From positions 904,903 to 968,902 of the forward strand of contig RDEW01000005.1 in assembly GCA_011109175.1 (NCBI GenBank): a stretch of 64,000 nucleotides of DNA, read 5' to 3'. Both the position numbers and the translations under genes were made by a program. The notes beneath the pieces were generated by a model, which had not been told where the DNA came from, searched no databases, and saw nothing but the letters and a program-made list of their open reading frames with translations. The DNA is from Dicyema japonicum. Its lineage: Eukaryota; Animalia; Dicyemida. This document shows, one piece after another, positions 12,760 through 24,307 of the stretch (positions within the stretch are counted from its first letter, which is position 1; every line of letters starts with the position of its first letter).

Positions 12760-14483
12760 CATGGGCCAAGCGTTACCTATGGGCAGCCTGTTACATTAAC
12801 CTTGAACCAAGATTAACTTCAATTAACTTCAATTAATTTTATAAATGATTTATTAACCACAAAAAATTAAATTTAAGTAACTTTTTTTAGTCTACTCATT
12901 AATACAGTCGATATTTCTCCTTTCGAATTTTTTATCTATCAAATTAAATTATTTAAAACTACCTCCACGCGATTATTCGATAAAATATTAATTATTTCTG
13001 CAACTGGATAATACTGAGACTCAAACTTATTCAGTCGCAATGATGGATTTGTTCCAAAGTCCTTTTTAGCCCGAACCTATTTATTAATGTTTTTGATTCA
13101 TACTTTATCTCCCTCGTTAAAAATATATTTACTATTATGAACATTCATTTTCCTGTTCATAGCTTTGTAATAATTTGAATTTTCTTCAATCGATTTAATT
13201 TCGAAATTGAATCTCTTCGCATTCGGACACAAATTATCTGACTGGAAATTATCTAGATATAAATTTTTTTAAATCAAACTACGTGAATTTTCAATAGATT
13301 CTGGAGTCGAACAATTAACCAAATCGTCAATTTGTTCTGGAATCGCACACTTATCACTTAAATTATTTAAGTCCTTGTGCTCGTGAATTGTTAGGCCTTC
13401 CGTGAATTTGCTTAATGTTAAAATCTTCGCAAAGTTTTGTTATTTCTTGATTTTTAAATTCAGAACCATTGTCCGACTGAAGAAATTTACATGGCCCATT
13501 CAGGCGGAACGAAGATCTTAAGTTTTCACATACTTCTTTACCAGAATTATTATAGAGTGGTCGTACAAAAGCGAATCTATAAATTAAAAAAAACAACATA
13601 CTATATATGTCAATGACCGCTAAAATTCATTTGAAATTTTCATTTAATGTTGAAAATTTTTTCAGGTCTATTAGATCTACCTGAAAACGTTCATTTGGAG
13701 AAGAAGCAAACATATGGTGATTTATATCTCCAATTAAAAAAATCACGAACTTTTAAAGGACGCGAAAATTTGCAGACTTCACAATTTCGAATGACTTTTC
13801 TGATAATCTCATTCTTTACAGTGAAGTATCTTTGTCGACATTCATACTCAATTTTATTGACTCCTCCGTGTGAAAACTCGTGCAACGATTTCGCAACATG
13901 CTCCATTTCGGTTTCATTATCCAGGGATATGACTAACTTGGATCAGTTGATTTAAGATACAGTCTAAAATTATTGCAATTTACAATACCTGTCATTGATA
14001 ATAGAAAAATTCTCTATCTTCTTTACAAGCCTATATTTTCGGTGCCTCGGAAGATTTTCGGGAAATTTATCATGCAAAGCATCTTTCAAAGTTTGATATT
14101 CAACGCAATCTTTCACAAAACCCTTGTAAGAAGCCATTGCAACAAAATAATCTTCCATGCTATAAATCACGCTAGAAATCTAGGTTTACCGCTATAAAAA
14201 ATAAAATCTTTATAATCATAACATTTATGAATAAAAAACTAATTTAACAGGATTAAATCACGATATAAATCGGATATATAAAATTAAATGTCGGATAATC
14301 CAATGAGGGACTCAATTTCACCTTTGTCGGTCTGGGATCACTTAGTTAGATGAGAACTTTTATTTCTTTCTTTTACCCAGTGATCCTGAGGGTAATAATA
14401 ATAATGTCGGATAATCAAAAGACCTTTTCAAGGTCGAAAAAATGTAACAGGCTGCCCATGCGTTACGCGCCGCCCATGTGACA
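12760..14483 (-). mobile_element. Ginger/TDD-like DNA transposon with a retroviral-type integrase and ~41-bp TIRs; disrupted
   Basis: HHCC domain (LHEFSHGG...NCEVC, 13691-13906), ERFQVDLIDL, and core LQSDNGSEF...GRPNNSRAQG (13363-13599). Inverted repeats 12760-12795 and 14443-14478 match at 30/36. The right end is TGACA at 14483. Confidence 0.75.
14301..14402 (+). mobile_element. ~100-bp 5'-truncated LINE 3' end with (TAA)n tail and a 14-bp TSD
   Basis: TSD AATGTCGGATAATC at 14287-14300 and 14403-14416. The body matches the LINE 3' UTR at 54841-54920. Confidence 0.85.
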
Positions 14484-15030
14484 TATTATAATTAAATTAA
14501 TCTAGGAAACTTGAATCGCCAGGCTGTTTCATCTGACAATAGCTATCGAGATAAGCTCTCGAAGCCATCCAGACTCATGTAGATCTTTGGTGGCTGTTTG
14601 AACCTTCATTCTCTTCTGATCCTTAGCTTTTTTAGAATCATGACCTGGTCCCGAGACTGAAGCGGGAAAAATTATCGGAGAGTATGCATCAACACACGTA
14701 ACGTCGCAAACCAGGTTCCGACCATTACCAAATGGGAATTTTGTCGTCCCGTCAGGGCGTTTGTCATCATCTTGGTTGAGACCAGTGGCTCCAAAATGCA
14801 GTTGTGGCCAGCAGTGGAAAGTGCGTTTTTCAAAGTCTCGTTGAGACAGGAATGCCTTGGGAAACGTCCCGCGTTCAACCTGCAGAACAGTGAATTGTAG
14901 CCATATGGATCGATCAAACGTCCACAACGACATTTTTGCCCCGAATACACTTTAATATAAGACATCTTCTGAATGGCAGCTAATCGTTTTGAGATATGCA
15001 TGTCTTCTCGCATCCCCAGTTGTCTCAAGG
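14484..15030 (-). mobile_element. CRE-like non-LTR retrotransposon 3' part (left-arm copy)
   Basis: CRCGRLIDPYG..LFC and GRFPRH..LNETLK..L, then RLE KRPDGTT.FPF..G..LVCDVTCVD, then an AT-rich tail. Confidence 0.8.
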
Positions 15031-17647
15031 TGCTCCTTATTTTTTAAAGGACATGTCTCGAATACGATTTCTGATTAGTCGCTTTCAGAACATTAAGATA
15101 TAGGTCCTTCCACAAGTCCACAGCCCCCAATGGTGTCATAGATACATTCAATCCAGAATAAGAGTTGAGGACCAAAATTCGATGTGTTTCTATTTCTAGC
15201 GATTAATGGTAGAGTAAATTTGAAAGGATCTTTCAGTTCGCCTTGTCAATTTAAAAAAACACGAGAATCCAATAGCAAGAATATTTCGATTGCTAAACAT
15301 ATTCACGTAATGAAGGTGTCAAAAAAGAGTTCATCTCGAATTTGAAATAACTTCTGCAACATCCATGTGGGTATTGTGGAAAATCTCATTAAATATGAGA
15401 GGTGTTCTTTCAGCAGCCATTCAGAATATTTTAAGTGTTAATCAAATGTGAATTCTGACGACAGCTACTCAAATGAAACTGAACATTCAGCATACAGGCA
15501 TATGAACTACTTTTTTAAGAGTCCTCTCGTAGAAGATGCAGTTCTAGAGGACAGTAGTATAGATGACAATGTCTTCGCAATGGGAGTTCTGAAATTCTTG
15601 ATATACCATTCTGATTGCATAGTTGGAGTCTTTGAAGGTAGATGTAATAGATTTGAATTGACGGCCATCTGAAAGTCAATGTATTTCTGTTGTAGAACGT
15701 TGTGGAATTGTTGCATTTATAGGTTTCCAATCATGAAGGGACATATATATTGGCGGTGGACACCTGGAACCGCTTTTTTTAACTGCACAGTTAAAACCAT
15801 CGCTACTTTGGTTATACGTATGTTCCATTATAACGTGGACAACTCAGGGTGTCACTATTAGCCTTGAAGTAATATATTAATTTAACTTATTTACGTAGAA
15901 AATGTTTAAAAATGTAGAAAACGTTTGTTTGAACGACTTAAATGCACAAATGTGGATATTTTATTAAAGAATACAATATTTCCATCTAATTCATACTTGG
16001 ATGCACTCCCATTTTTCTATTAATTCTTATAAAAATATCTTTTAAAATTTCGATACCACTTTTATTTTTTAATTTCACCGTAAACGCATATTAGAAGGAC
16101 CACTTTCTATTCCTGACAAAATATGAGCAAAAAATAGAATTTTCTTTACCGCAAATGTGAAATATTATCTAATTTTGTGTTCAAACAGATAAAAAGTGAA
16201 TCAATTTTTATTTTTATGGCTAGAGCTTATTTTTGTACTTTAAGCATAAACAACCAAAATCAATTAATTTAATTAAAGAAAACTAAAAATCACTTATTTT
16301 TAATGTCTAAGACCAGTGTGGGTGTTTTCCTTTACTTCTAGTGGAAAAGATTTGGGTTTCTAAAAAATCACCCAAACATACATTACTATCCTTCCTAGAA
16401 TTAACAGAAATTATTTCATTAATTAGACTGAAAATAAAAAAAAACAAGAGAACTTTATAGTTCATGGCTTGTAATTTTGTACAAATTTCTTGTACATTTT
16501 TGATGAAGTCAGTCATGAACCCCTAAAAATTAAAATATGAAAACTTGTATTTTCTTTTCTCTTTGGCATTTAAAATATGAAAACTTGTATTTTCTTTTCT
16601 CTCGGATTCCAGAGTCGATTGACGCATTACAAGTGAACGAGTTTTATTTTACGAGAAACACAATTAAATCAAACTTTACTACTCGCTTCTAAATATTGAA
16701 GGAATATATTTTCTATTCAAACAAACCTCAAGGATGACATCTCTCTCCACTACTACTCCTTCGTAATGATCAAATGACATCACGAAAATTGCAGAAACGT
16801 TGTGGTTAATTCCTCCCAAGATTCCATAAAGGTAGTCAAACGTGCTTTCATTTGACTTGACAAAGACGGTATCGTAAAGGAAAAGTAGACCAATGCAAAT
16901 ACCAGGAAAAATCATCATCGAATTGAGAATTTAAGATGGGTAGAGTATAATAGGATGGATAGTACAACAGATGCACATTTTATTTTTCCAGTTATGATGA
17001 AATCTCATCTCAATAAAGAAATCGAAGTGTTCATTATCTGAGGAAACCTTATATTTTCCAGTTTTTTTTAAATCAATGAACCCTTTTCGAATCGATATAT
17101 GTAGTTTTACTTTGCACTTGAGGAAAATTTTTAGAGAATAAATGAATATCGTCTCCAAATCTATAGCCGATCTAGTTCGACTCGAAATTTTAGATTTTTT
17201 TCAAACGGAATCGATAGACAACTCAGTTAATTCAGCAAATCTGAATGATTTTCGAAAACACGTTGCGTCTGTGATGTTTTTAAAAAGAGTAAGAAAGGCT
17301 AAAATGATTTTTTGCTTTTATATTGGCTCCCTAATAAATAGATACCCCCAATCGTCTTCACAAGATCGAATCTGACGTGCAAAAGATGTTTGGCGTTCAG
17401 CTCCCCAAGAGTTTAGTGTTTCCTGCATAAAAAGACATTAAGAAAATAAAAAATTCTCGTTTATTTTGAATCACTAATTTCGCATAAAACTATAATGCTT
17501 GCAAAAACACTTAATATTTTAATTTCGCACAAAAATCATAAATGAAATAAATAATCATTAACAGCTAGATTTTCAAAAATTTGAATAGAATTTATTAAAC
17601 CAGGAAAGAAAAATAAGGAATAGGGCTAAAGATTTTGAATCGGTTTG

Positions 17648-18352
17648 TTATTTTTTGCGTTTTTTGTTTAATTTTTCGCAATCTAAGCATTTTTCAGGCT
17701 CTTTACTTTCCTGAGCCTCCAAATAATTGAGAAAAGGCTTCAAAACTAATATGGTTAGCAAAATAATACAAAACGGTGGAATATATTTATGCATACAAGA
17801 AATGGGGTCTTCAATATCTTCGGGAGGTGGTTGGTAATACATAAATGGGTTATTACCTCCAAAATAAGATCATATGTAGATTTATGTCGATTTTGGCTAT
17901 ACGAATAGTTATAAGAGTCTTGATAGTATGAATTAGCCTCATTTTGGTACAAATTCTGATTATATGTTGGATAAGAATTAAAATCTTGGTTATAACTTTG
18001 AAATCTATTCTGGTTCGAATACTGATTATATGTTGAATTAGTATCATAATTTTGGGCGGTTGATTGAGATTGAGAATTGTCTGTAACTGAAGAGCAAACG
18101 GGATAATAATTACTAAATTTATCCCAAAGTGAACTTACTCCCACCACTTCTCAAGCAATCCAGGTTGATTCTCCCACGCTCACAGGTTTATCGTAGTTGA
18201 TCTATTTTATTAAAACAAGAATCTAACTTCTTTGGTGAAATTATCTGCAATGTCTCCGGTCTCCATATGATGGAGATACTCATAGACGTTTTCAGTTAGA
18301 CTTTAAGTTACTAAAAGAATTACTTGTAGTTATTGTTATCCTTGTTATCCAT
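17648..18352 (-). pseudogene. SSDP/LUFS-domain gene, left-arm copy with two frameshifts
   Basis: Mirror of 49190-49894, with a 1-nt insertion (GAATCAACCTGG vs GAATCGCCTGG) and a 1-nt deletion (TATGATCTTATT vs TCTGATCCTTATT). Confidence 0.75.
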
Positions 18353-19149
18353 TTTTCGTATTTACTTTGATTATTTTATTTGAAATTTTGGTATAATTAT
18401 TTTTTAATCTTATAAAAATAATATTTAAAATATAAAAAAATAATAATAGAATTATCTATTATTATTTTTATGTGAGGACTTGGCCGTAGAATTCCCTGAA
18501 TATTTTTAGTTTTATTCACTCTAGTCTAATTCAATATTAATAATCTGATTAAGGCAACTGGTTACATCGACAGAACTTAGATAAAATTTAGCCCTAACTG
18601 AACCCCAGTAAAAGTTAAGTTATTAATTTATTGTATGTATTAAAAAGATGGGCATATCATCGGCAGAGTTTTCTTGTTGAACGGCGATAATAATAAAAAC
18701 AGCCCTTCTGTCGAGGAGGAGTAATGTTTCCGCTATTAAACCTCTAGGCACGATACACATTTTATTTTTAAGAAAAAGGAAAGAACGTTTGAGAGGCCAA
18801 AATTTACTTTCATAGAATGAAGTGTAAATGATATTTTGGAGATCAAAAAAACTGCTATATTATCTTGTTTGATACAATTCTGCAAAGAAAATCAAAACTA
18901 AAAAACTGAAATTACAAGATAGTTGATAACTAGTAAAACCTTCAGATACATAATAACCTTCAGAATTGAAAAAATGACTCGTAAACTTCGTCAGAACCCT
19001 AACGTTTTCAGCTGAATTCATTAACCGTTTTGTCATTGGGAACCGAAACTCTTTGTTGAAAAACTGACTTTAAAATATAAAAAACTAACAAATTTCACTT
19101 AAAAACATAGAGAAATGTGTCAAGTTTGGTTCACATAGTCATGGAGTGA

Positions 19150-19700
19150 ACTATATACTCCTTTCCAGAGTGAGAAAATAGTTTTAAAGAATGCAAAAAC
19201 AGACCTCCATAAAGAAAAATCAAGAATGACGACGTTTAAGGAAGACATGAAAATTATATTTAGGATTCTTCGTAATTTATTTAGTGTGAGCATAAAACTT
19301 GGACGTGTCTCTAATATCTGGATGATTTCCATTTTAGTAATGTTAGAAATACCTGGAAAAACAAAGATGGATCCATTAAGCTACTATCCTATCATCTATA
19401 TATGTTCTCTATCAAAAAGTATGGAGCGATTTATTTTCAAAAGGTATTGATCTCACTGAAAGTGGAATTTTCTATGTGAGCAGCAATTGGTTTTCACTCT
19501 GACCGATTCTGTTAAAAAAAGCCATATGTTTATTAAAAATTTTGTGCTAAAGATATTTTTTGTGGGACAAAGGCCTTACTTGTCTGATGTACTTTAACTT
19601 AAGAGAGGAGTCACAAAAGGATCAATCATTAACCGCATAGTATTTAATATCTTTATGGCCGACTTCCCAATACCAACTCACCACATACAAGACTCCTGAA
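19150..19700 (+). mobile_element. Degenerate LINE RT remnant (mirror at about 47880-48400, minus strand)
   Basis: LFSVSIKLGRVSNIW...PGKTKMDPLSYYPI...LSKSMERFI is the RT domain 0-1 pattern. Confidence 0.6.
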
Positions 19701-20241
19701 ATACGTGAATGATGTGTTAATATTTGATGTGGCTTAGTCGGAATAGATGTCGCAAGGAAAATTAAAAGAATATAAGTAAGATATAAACCGATCACTGAAT
19801 CCGGGGCCACATGAGATCCATCCCCTAGAAAAGAAGAAGCCCATTTTTTTCTTAAATAAGGTTAAAATAATAATTTTGGTCTAAGATAAAATTTGACGTC
19901 AAATGGGGTAAAGAAGGGGATGACAATTTTTTTTAAAATAAAAGTAAAAATGAACTTTTTAGTTTATCCCAAACAATTATAAGTAATTCGCAGACAGGTG
20001 AAATTAAATATTTCCCATGCAGAAATAAGAGACTCTGATTCAGGGAGTTTTACATGGGGCTAAAAGGTAAGTCAAATAAAATTATTGTTGACAACAAATG
20101 TAAGAAATATAACGCTCATACTACTTTAAAGTCCTGTAACTCCAATAAGTGCATCCAACATATCTGCAAATGTATAAATAAAGGAACCAATAATGTCATC
20201 TTCATTCCAGAACTAAATGAAAAAGACAAATAATATAAACA

Positions 20242-20400
20242 TACAGTCCGACCTCGTTATGGGGAAACCCAAACTGCCGAGAAAACCCCAATTTTGGGGA
20301 GATTTTATAATTTTGATAATAATGAAATTTTTTTAACTAATAAACCCCCAGATGGGGACAATAAGTGTGACAATTCTTAATTTTTAAATTTGTCTTAGAA
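20242..20400 (+). mobile_element. Single end of a pogo/Tigger-like MITE (mirror TIR at 47318-47336)
   Basis: TA-CAGTCCGACCTCGTTAT at 20242-20260, followed by short palindromes (CCCCAATTTTGGGG, CCCCAGATGGGG). No second TIR found within the arm. Confidence 0.4.
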
Positions 20401-21059
20401 AATTTTGAAGGGATGTGACCAGGAAGTTAAATCAAAATGAAAAAATCTGAATATATAAGAAAATAAATTCAGATCTGTATAAATACTTTAAAGGAAGTCC
20501 GACTGAAAAGGGAAGAAATCTTATGTGAGGCTATATGTCAATTTGGGTAATTGGTACCAATTAAATACGGAATTTAAAGTTTTTTGTTCTCTCAGATGCA
20601 AAAGTTTCCCGGCCAATATTAAAACTTATTTTTGCAAAATTGCAAATAGCCAATCTAACAAAGACTTACTGATAGATGATGTAACTTGTCTGCTTGTGGC
20701 CTGGGACGGAATAAATCATAAATACGAAATTGCTTTGGAAAGTCTCGGAAAATAAACTTTATGATACTAGAAAACAACATTAATAAGAATATAATTGGAA
20801 AATGAAAAAGAGACTTTTTATGATGATCCGAAGAAGATAACAAGAGACATTTAGAGTATGAAGTTATGAAAGAAACGGAACGTGCTTTTAGAATGCACCT
20901 TAATGTAGTCAAACAAGAAACTCTTGAAACTGTTCTTAATATTATTTTTTGCATTCACTACAAAAAAAAGAACAAAATAACATGAAAATGACAGATTTAT
21001 TTATCAATAAATAAAAATCTAATCATTTATCTTGTTTTCAATACATATTTTATTTTAAC

Positions 21060-21370
21060 AGATAAAGGAGATCTTCCGTACGATAGTGGAGGGTATCTTC
21101 AACGTCCGGTTTGAGGAACACTCATGGAAGCAAGCCACGCTGCCAGTGAGACTCGGAGGACTTGGAATTCTGACCCTGTGAACCTTTCTCTCTCTTCATG
21201 CCTATCATCGCTAGTGGCCTGTAACTCCCATGTTAAGAGGATTCCACACTCTCTACCTGAATTCTCTATTGACAAGGACGCCGACCATGCTCGTGAGGCC
21301 TGGAGAGGCACTTATCAGCTTTCCCTGCCTTCCTCGTTCTCTCAGCGGGGCTTGTTAGATTATATATTAA
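21060..21370 (+). mobile_element. CRE-like RT C-terminal fragment (mirror at 46195-46500, minus strand)
   Basis: An alternative frame reads WKQATLPVRLGGLGIL, also seen at about 62420-62470. Confidence 0.6.
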
Positions 21371-23359
21371 TCTAACTCTTTCTTTAAATAAATAAGAAAA
21401 TCAGGGTAATTAGTTATCCCCACCGACATAGTCGACCATGTGTTTCGCCTCATGGTAGCTTTATTGATCAACTTGAAAGCTCATTGGGTTTTGCAGACGT
21501 CATATGAGCGTGGCCAGACATCCCAGTCTCTTGAGGAAGGATAAATATTTCTTACTTAATATTTTTCTTTAATCTGATATTTTTGTATGTTAAATCAGAT
21601 AGAATTAGGCATTTGTTGCAATAGAGGTACGCCATCACCCCAACATTCCGATTACTTGGCTAATTGGTCAAGAAAATTGTTATTATTTTTACCCCCAGGA
21701 TCATTGGGTCAAAGAGAAGAAGTAAAAGTTCTCGGGGTCGAAAATCCTTACATTGGACATGGTCAAGGAAATAAAAATTCTAAAAATTTTTGGTTAAAAT
21801 TTTAAATCCATAATTAAATAAAGAAATTTTATAAAAATCATAAATTACAATTTTAAGACTTGGGTTGCCCTAATTAATTGAATTTTGAATTATTAGACAA
21901 TTTTGTTAATTTGATTGATAACTCCCGTTTAGAAAAATTTCTTCCAATCTGTTCCCCAAACCAAATAATTTTTTCATCCATTTTAATAACTTTTATAAGT
22001 TCTTGGAAACTCATGGGACATTCAGAGCTTTTATTAACAACAGCCAAGTAAAAATTATCAATAAATGGCAGCTTTAAAAATTATTTAAATGATTACCTGT
22101 TTTTTGAGAATAAAACAGTATTTATTCAGGATCAATCTTGCCTGATCGACATCAGTGTTGATGCGAAAAACGTATTCTTTTTCTGATGAGAATTTCACTA
22201 TGTGGAATATAAATGCCAACAAAATAAAGTATTTTATAAAACTTTCCATAAATTAACGAATAAATTCAAGTTTTTGTTTAAATTGAATAAAATTTCCATA
22301 TTAAGAAACAAAAATATTAACAAAGGAAATAAAAAATTTTAACGGGTAATTTTAATTTCTGAGTTCTGATTCAAAAAAATCTTAATTTTTTTAATTTTGT
22401 ATTGAATACCATATAAGGCCATGTGATTTTGATAAAATGAAGCAATTTTGAAAATAATCAGGTCTTTCTGTTTTACTTAAAATAAAAATATATAAACAAG
22501 CTTTTTTGGATTAAATTATTAACCCAGCTTTGCTTGTATGTAAGAAGAACTTAAGACATAAAAACGCGATTCTAAGATAGGTCGTTCCAGAAAAAACGTG
22601 CTTCCTTGTTGCGGTGTATTTCCATATGGTATCACTTGTATGTGCTTGTGTTCTAAATAAAACACACAGTGAACAAAAATATTCAAATATTCCAAACATT
22701 CCGAGAATATATTCGATTTTAATTATTAGCACATTATCATCCGATATGTCTTTTAATGGATGAATTCTTAATCTCACATGTTTATATTCAAGCTTCATTT
22801 TATGTCCACTTTCTCCTTTAGATCACTGATGCCTCTTATTAGATGAATTTACCAAACAGAACGGAATCTTTCGACCAGGTAAATACCAGTGTGGAACTTG
22901 AATCTACAAGTAATCGTGAGTCGAGCGCTAACCACTATACTGTCTAGTCACATGGCTAATAAGTTCATATGTTTATGAGAAATACGAAAAGCTTTAAATG
23001 CGAAATATCTTATCAATATTATTAATATCAGACATAAATAATTAATTATAGACAGATAATAGTAAAATCATGTCTAATATCATCATGTGATGTACATCAG
23101 ACAACATTCCGTTCGGCAATTGGAACAATGGAGACGCACAGGCTTTGGATGGCACGTAGATCAAGGTTAAAATCTCGTCCAGCCAAAAATTGGAAGAACT
23201 TTAGAGATCACTTGTAAGAAGTTACGCGTATATTAGACCGATTCCAGGTATGTTGATAATAATGTGGGTTCGTTCGTGCTAAGTATGATGATTAAAAAAA
23301 TTTTCGACAAGTCCGTTCTAATCAGATTATTTATTAACAAAATAATTATATCAAAAATT

Positions 23360-23460
23360 ATTTAGAAATCCTGAATCGCCAGGTTGTTTCCTCTGACAAT
23401 AGCTATCAAGATACGCTCTCGAAGTCAGCAAGTCTCACGCAGATCCTTGGTGACCCTTTA
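23360..23460 (-). mobile_element. ~100-bp CRE-like 3' end (mirror at 39530-39615, plus strand)
   Basis: GAATCGCCAGG.TGTTTC.TCTGACAATAGCTATC.AGATA.GCTCTCGAAG matches 14512-14570. Confidence 0.75.
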
Positions 23461-23614
23461 GATTGTTAGTTTTTTGTATATAAACTCAAATTTGCCATCA
23501 TTTAATAAAATAAAACCCATTAATTAATCGAAATTCCTTGAGTTAAAATGAATGCAAATTTCAGTTTGAATTATGAAATACAAAGGGCTCCTGGACCGGT
23601 TCACGTCCGCGCTA

Positions 23615-24307
23615 TTATCGTTGAAACAAATGGAGGTGTAAATAGGAATTTTCAAAAATATGTGACTTCTGGCTACACTCAGAATCATGCATGACCTCCG
23701 TGAAACTCAATAGTTTCTTCAGTAGATCTCGGAACGATAAGTGGTTAATTTTCTCGAGAGATTGTGAAACGAAGAAATTAGACAGCCACTTTTTGTCCCC
23801 TTGAAATTCATTCAAACACTCAAATGGATTCTCCTTTGAAGAATCGATTTCTGTGTTGTGAAGGTCGTTCAAAAAGTTAAGAGAAAGTAAGTAAAATTCA
23901 CTCAATAAAACCTGAATATTCAAGGTTTGAAAGTCTCATCATTGATAACAAGAATAAATATTTTCTCTTGAAGTAAAATAATTTATTACGCTTTTTGATT
24001 GACACGAAATCTTTGAATTCTTTAGCTGCCATCGGCAAGGGATCTGTCTGTGATTTAGCAGCCGGTACTCGGGAATCGGTACAGATATTTAGAATTATGC
24101 TAGATTTTGATTTCTGGCAATATCGAAAAATCATAAATACTGAATCAATGACAGTAATAGTTGAAAATAGTTCAAAGGTTTAGTCAGATTTTGGAACTCT
24201 TCAAGGTGACTGTTAATCAATTTTTTATAACTTTGTGGATCATTTTTTGCCATTTCGTCTAAATTTGACCAAATTTGGTCTAGATGCTTCGTAGTAAATT
24301 TATCCAT
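23615..24307 (-). CDS. PIH1D2: PIH1-domain protein, PIH1D2-like (left-arm, more intact copy; splice or frame at the first junction unresolved)
   Basis: MDKFTTKHLDQIWSNLDEMAKNDPQSYKKLINSHL and KSSIILNICTDSRVPAAKSQTDPLPM match the recalled PIH1D2 N-terminus (QFWNLLDDLAQSDPEGYEKFIQQQL; ILFINLCQWTRIPAPQSTTHPVPL). Confidence 0.7.

Noticed and set aside
12760-14483. TGTAACA/TGTTACA read as two outward-facing element ends or LTR ends
   Set aside because: The repeats extend outward to GCCCATG-TGACA and are better explained as ordinary TIRs enclosing the integrase.
14484-14520. Site-specific CRE target such as an SL-RNA gene or telomeric repeat
   Set aside because: No telomeric repeats or recognisable SL-RNA sequence flank any CRE 3' end here.
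21587-21805. 72-aa ORF identical in both arms (45745-45963)
   Set aside because: It overlaps the antisense of a LINE 3' tail (GAGAACTTTTA...TTTGACCCAATGATCCTGGGGG) and lies in the near-identical tract, so the identity does not imply coding selection.
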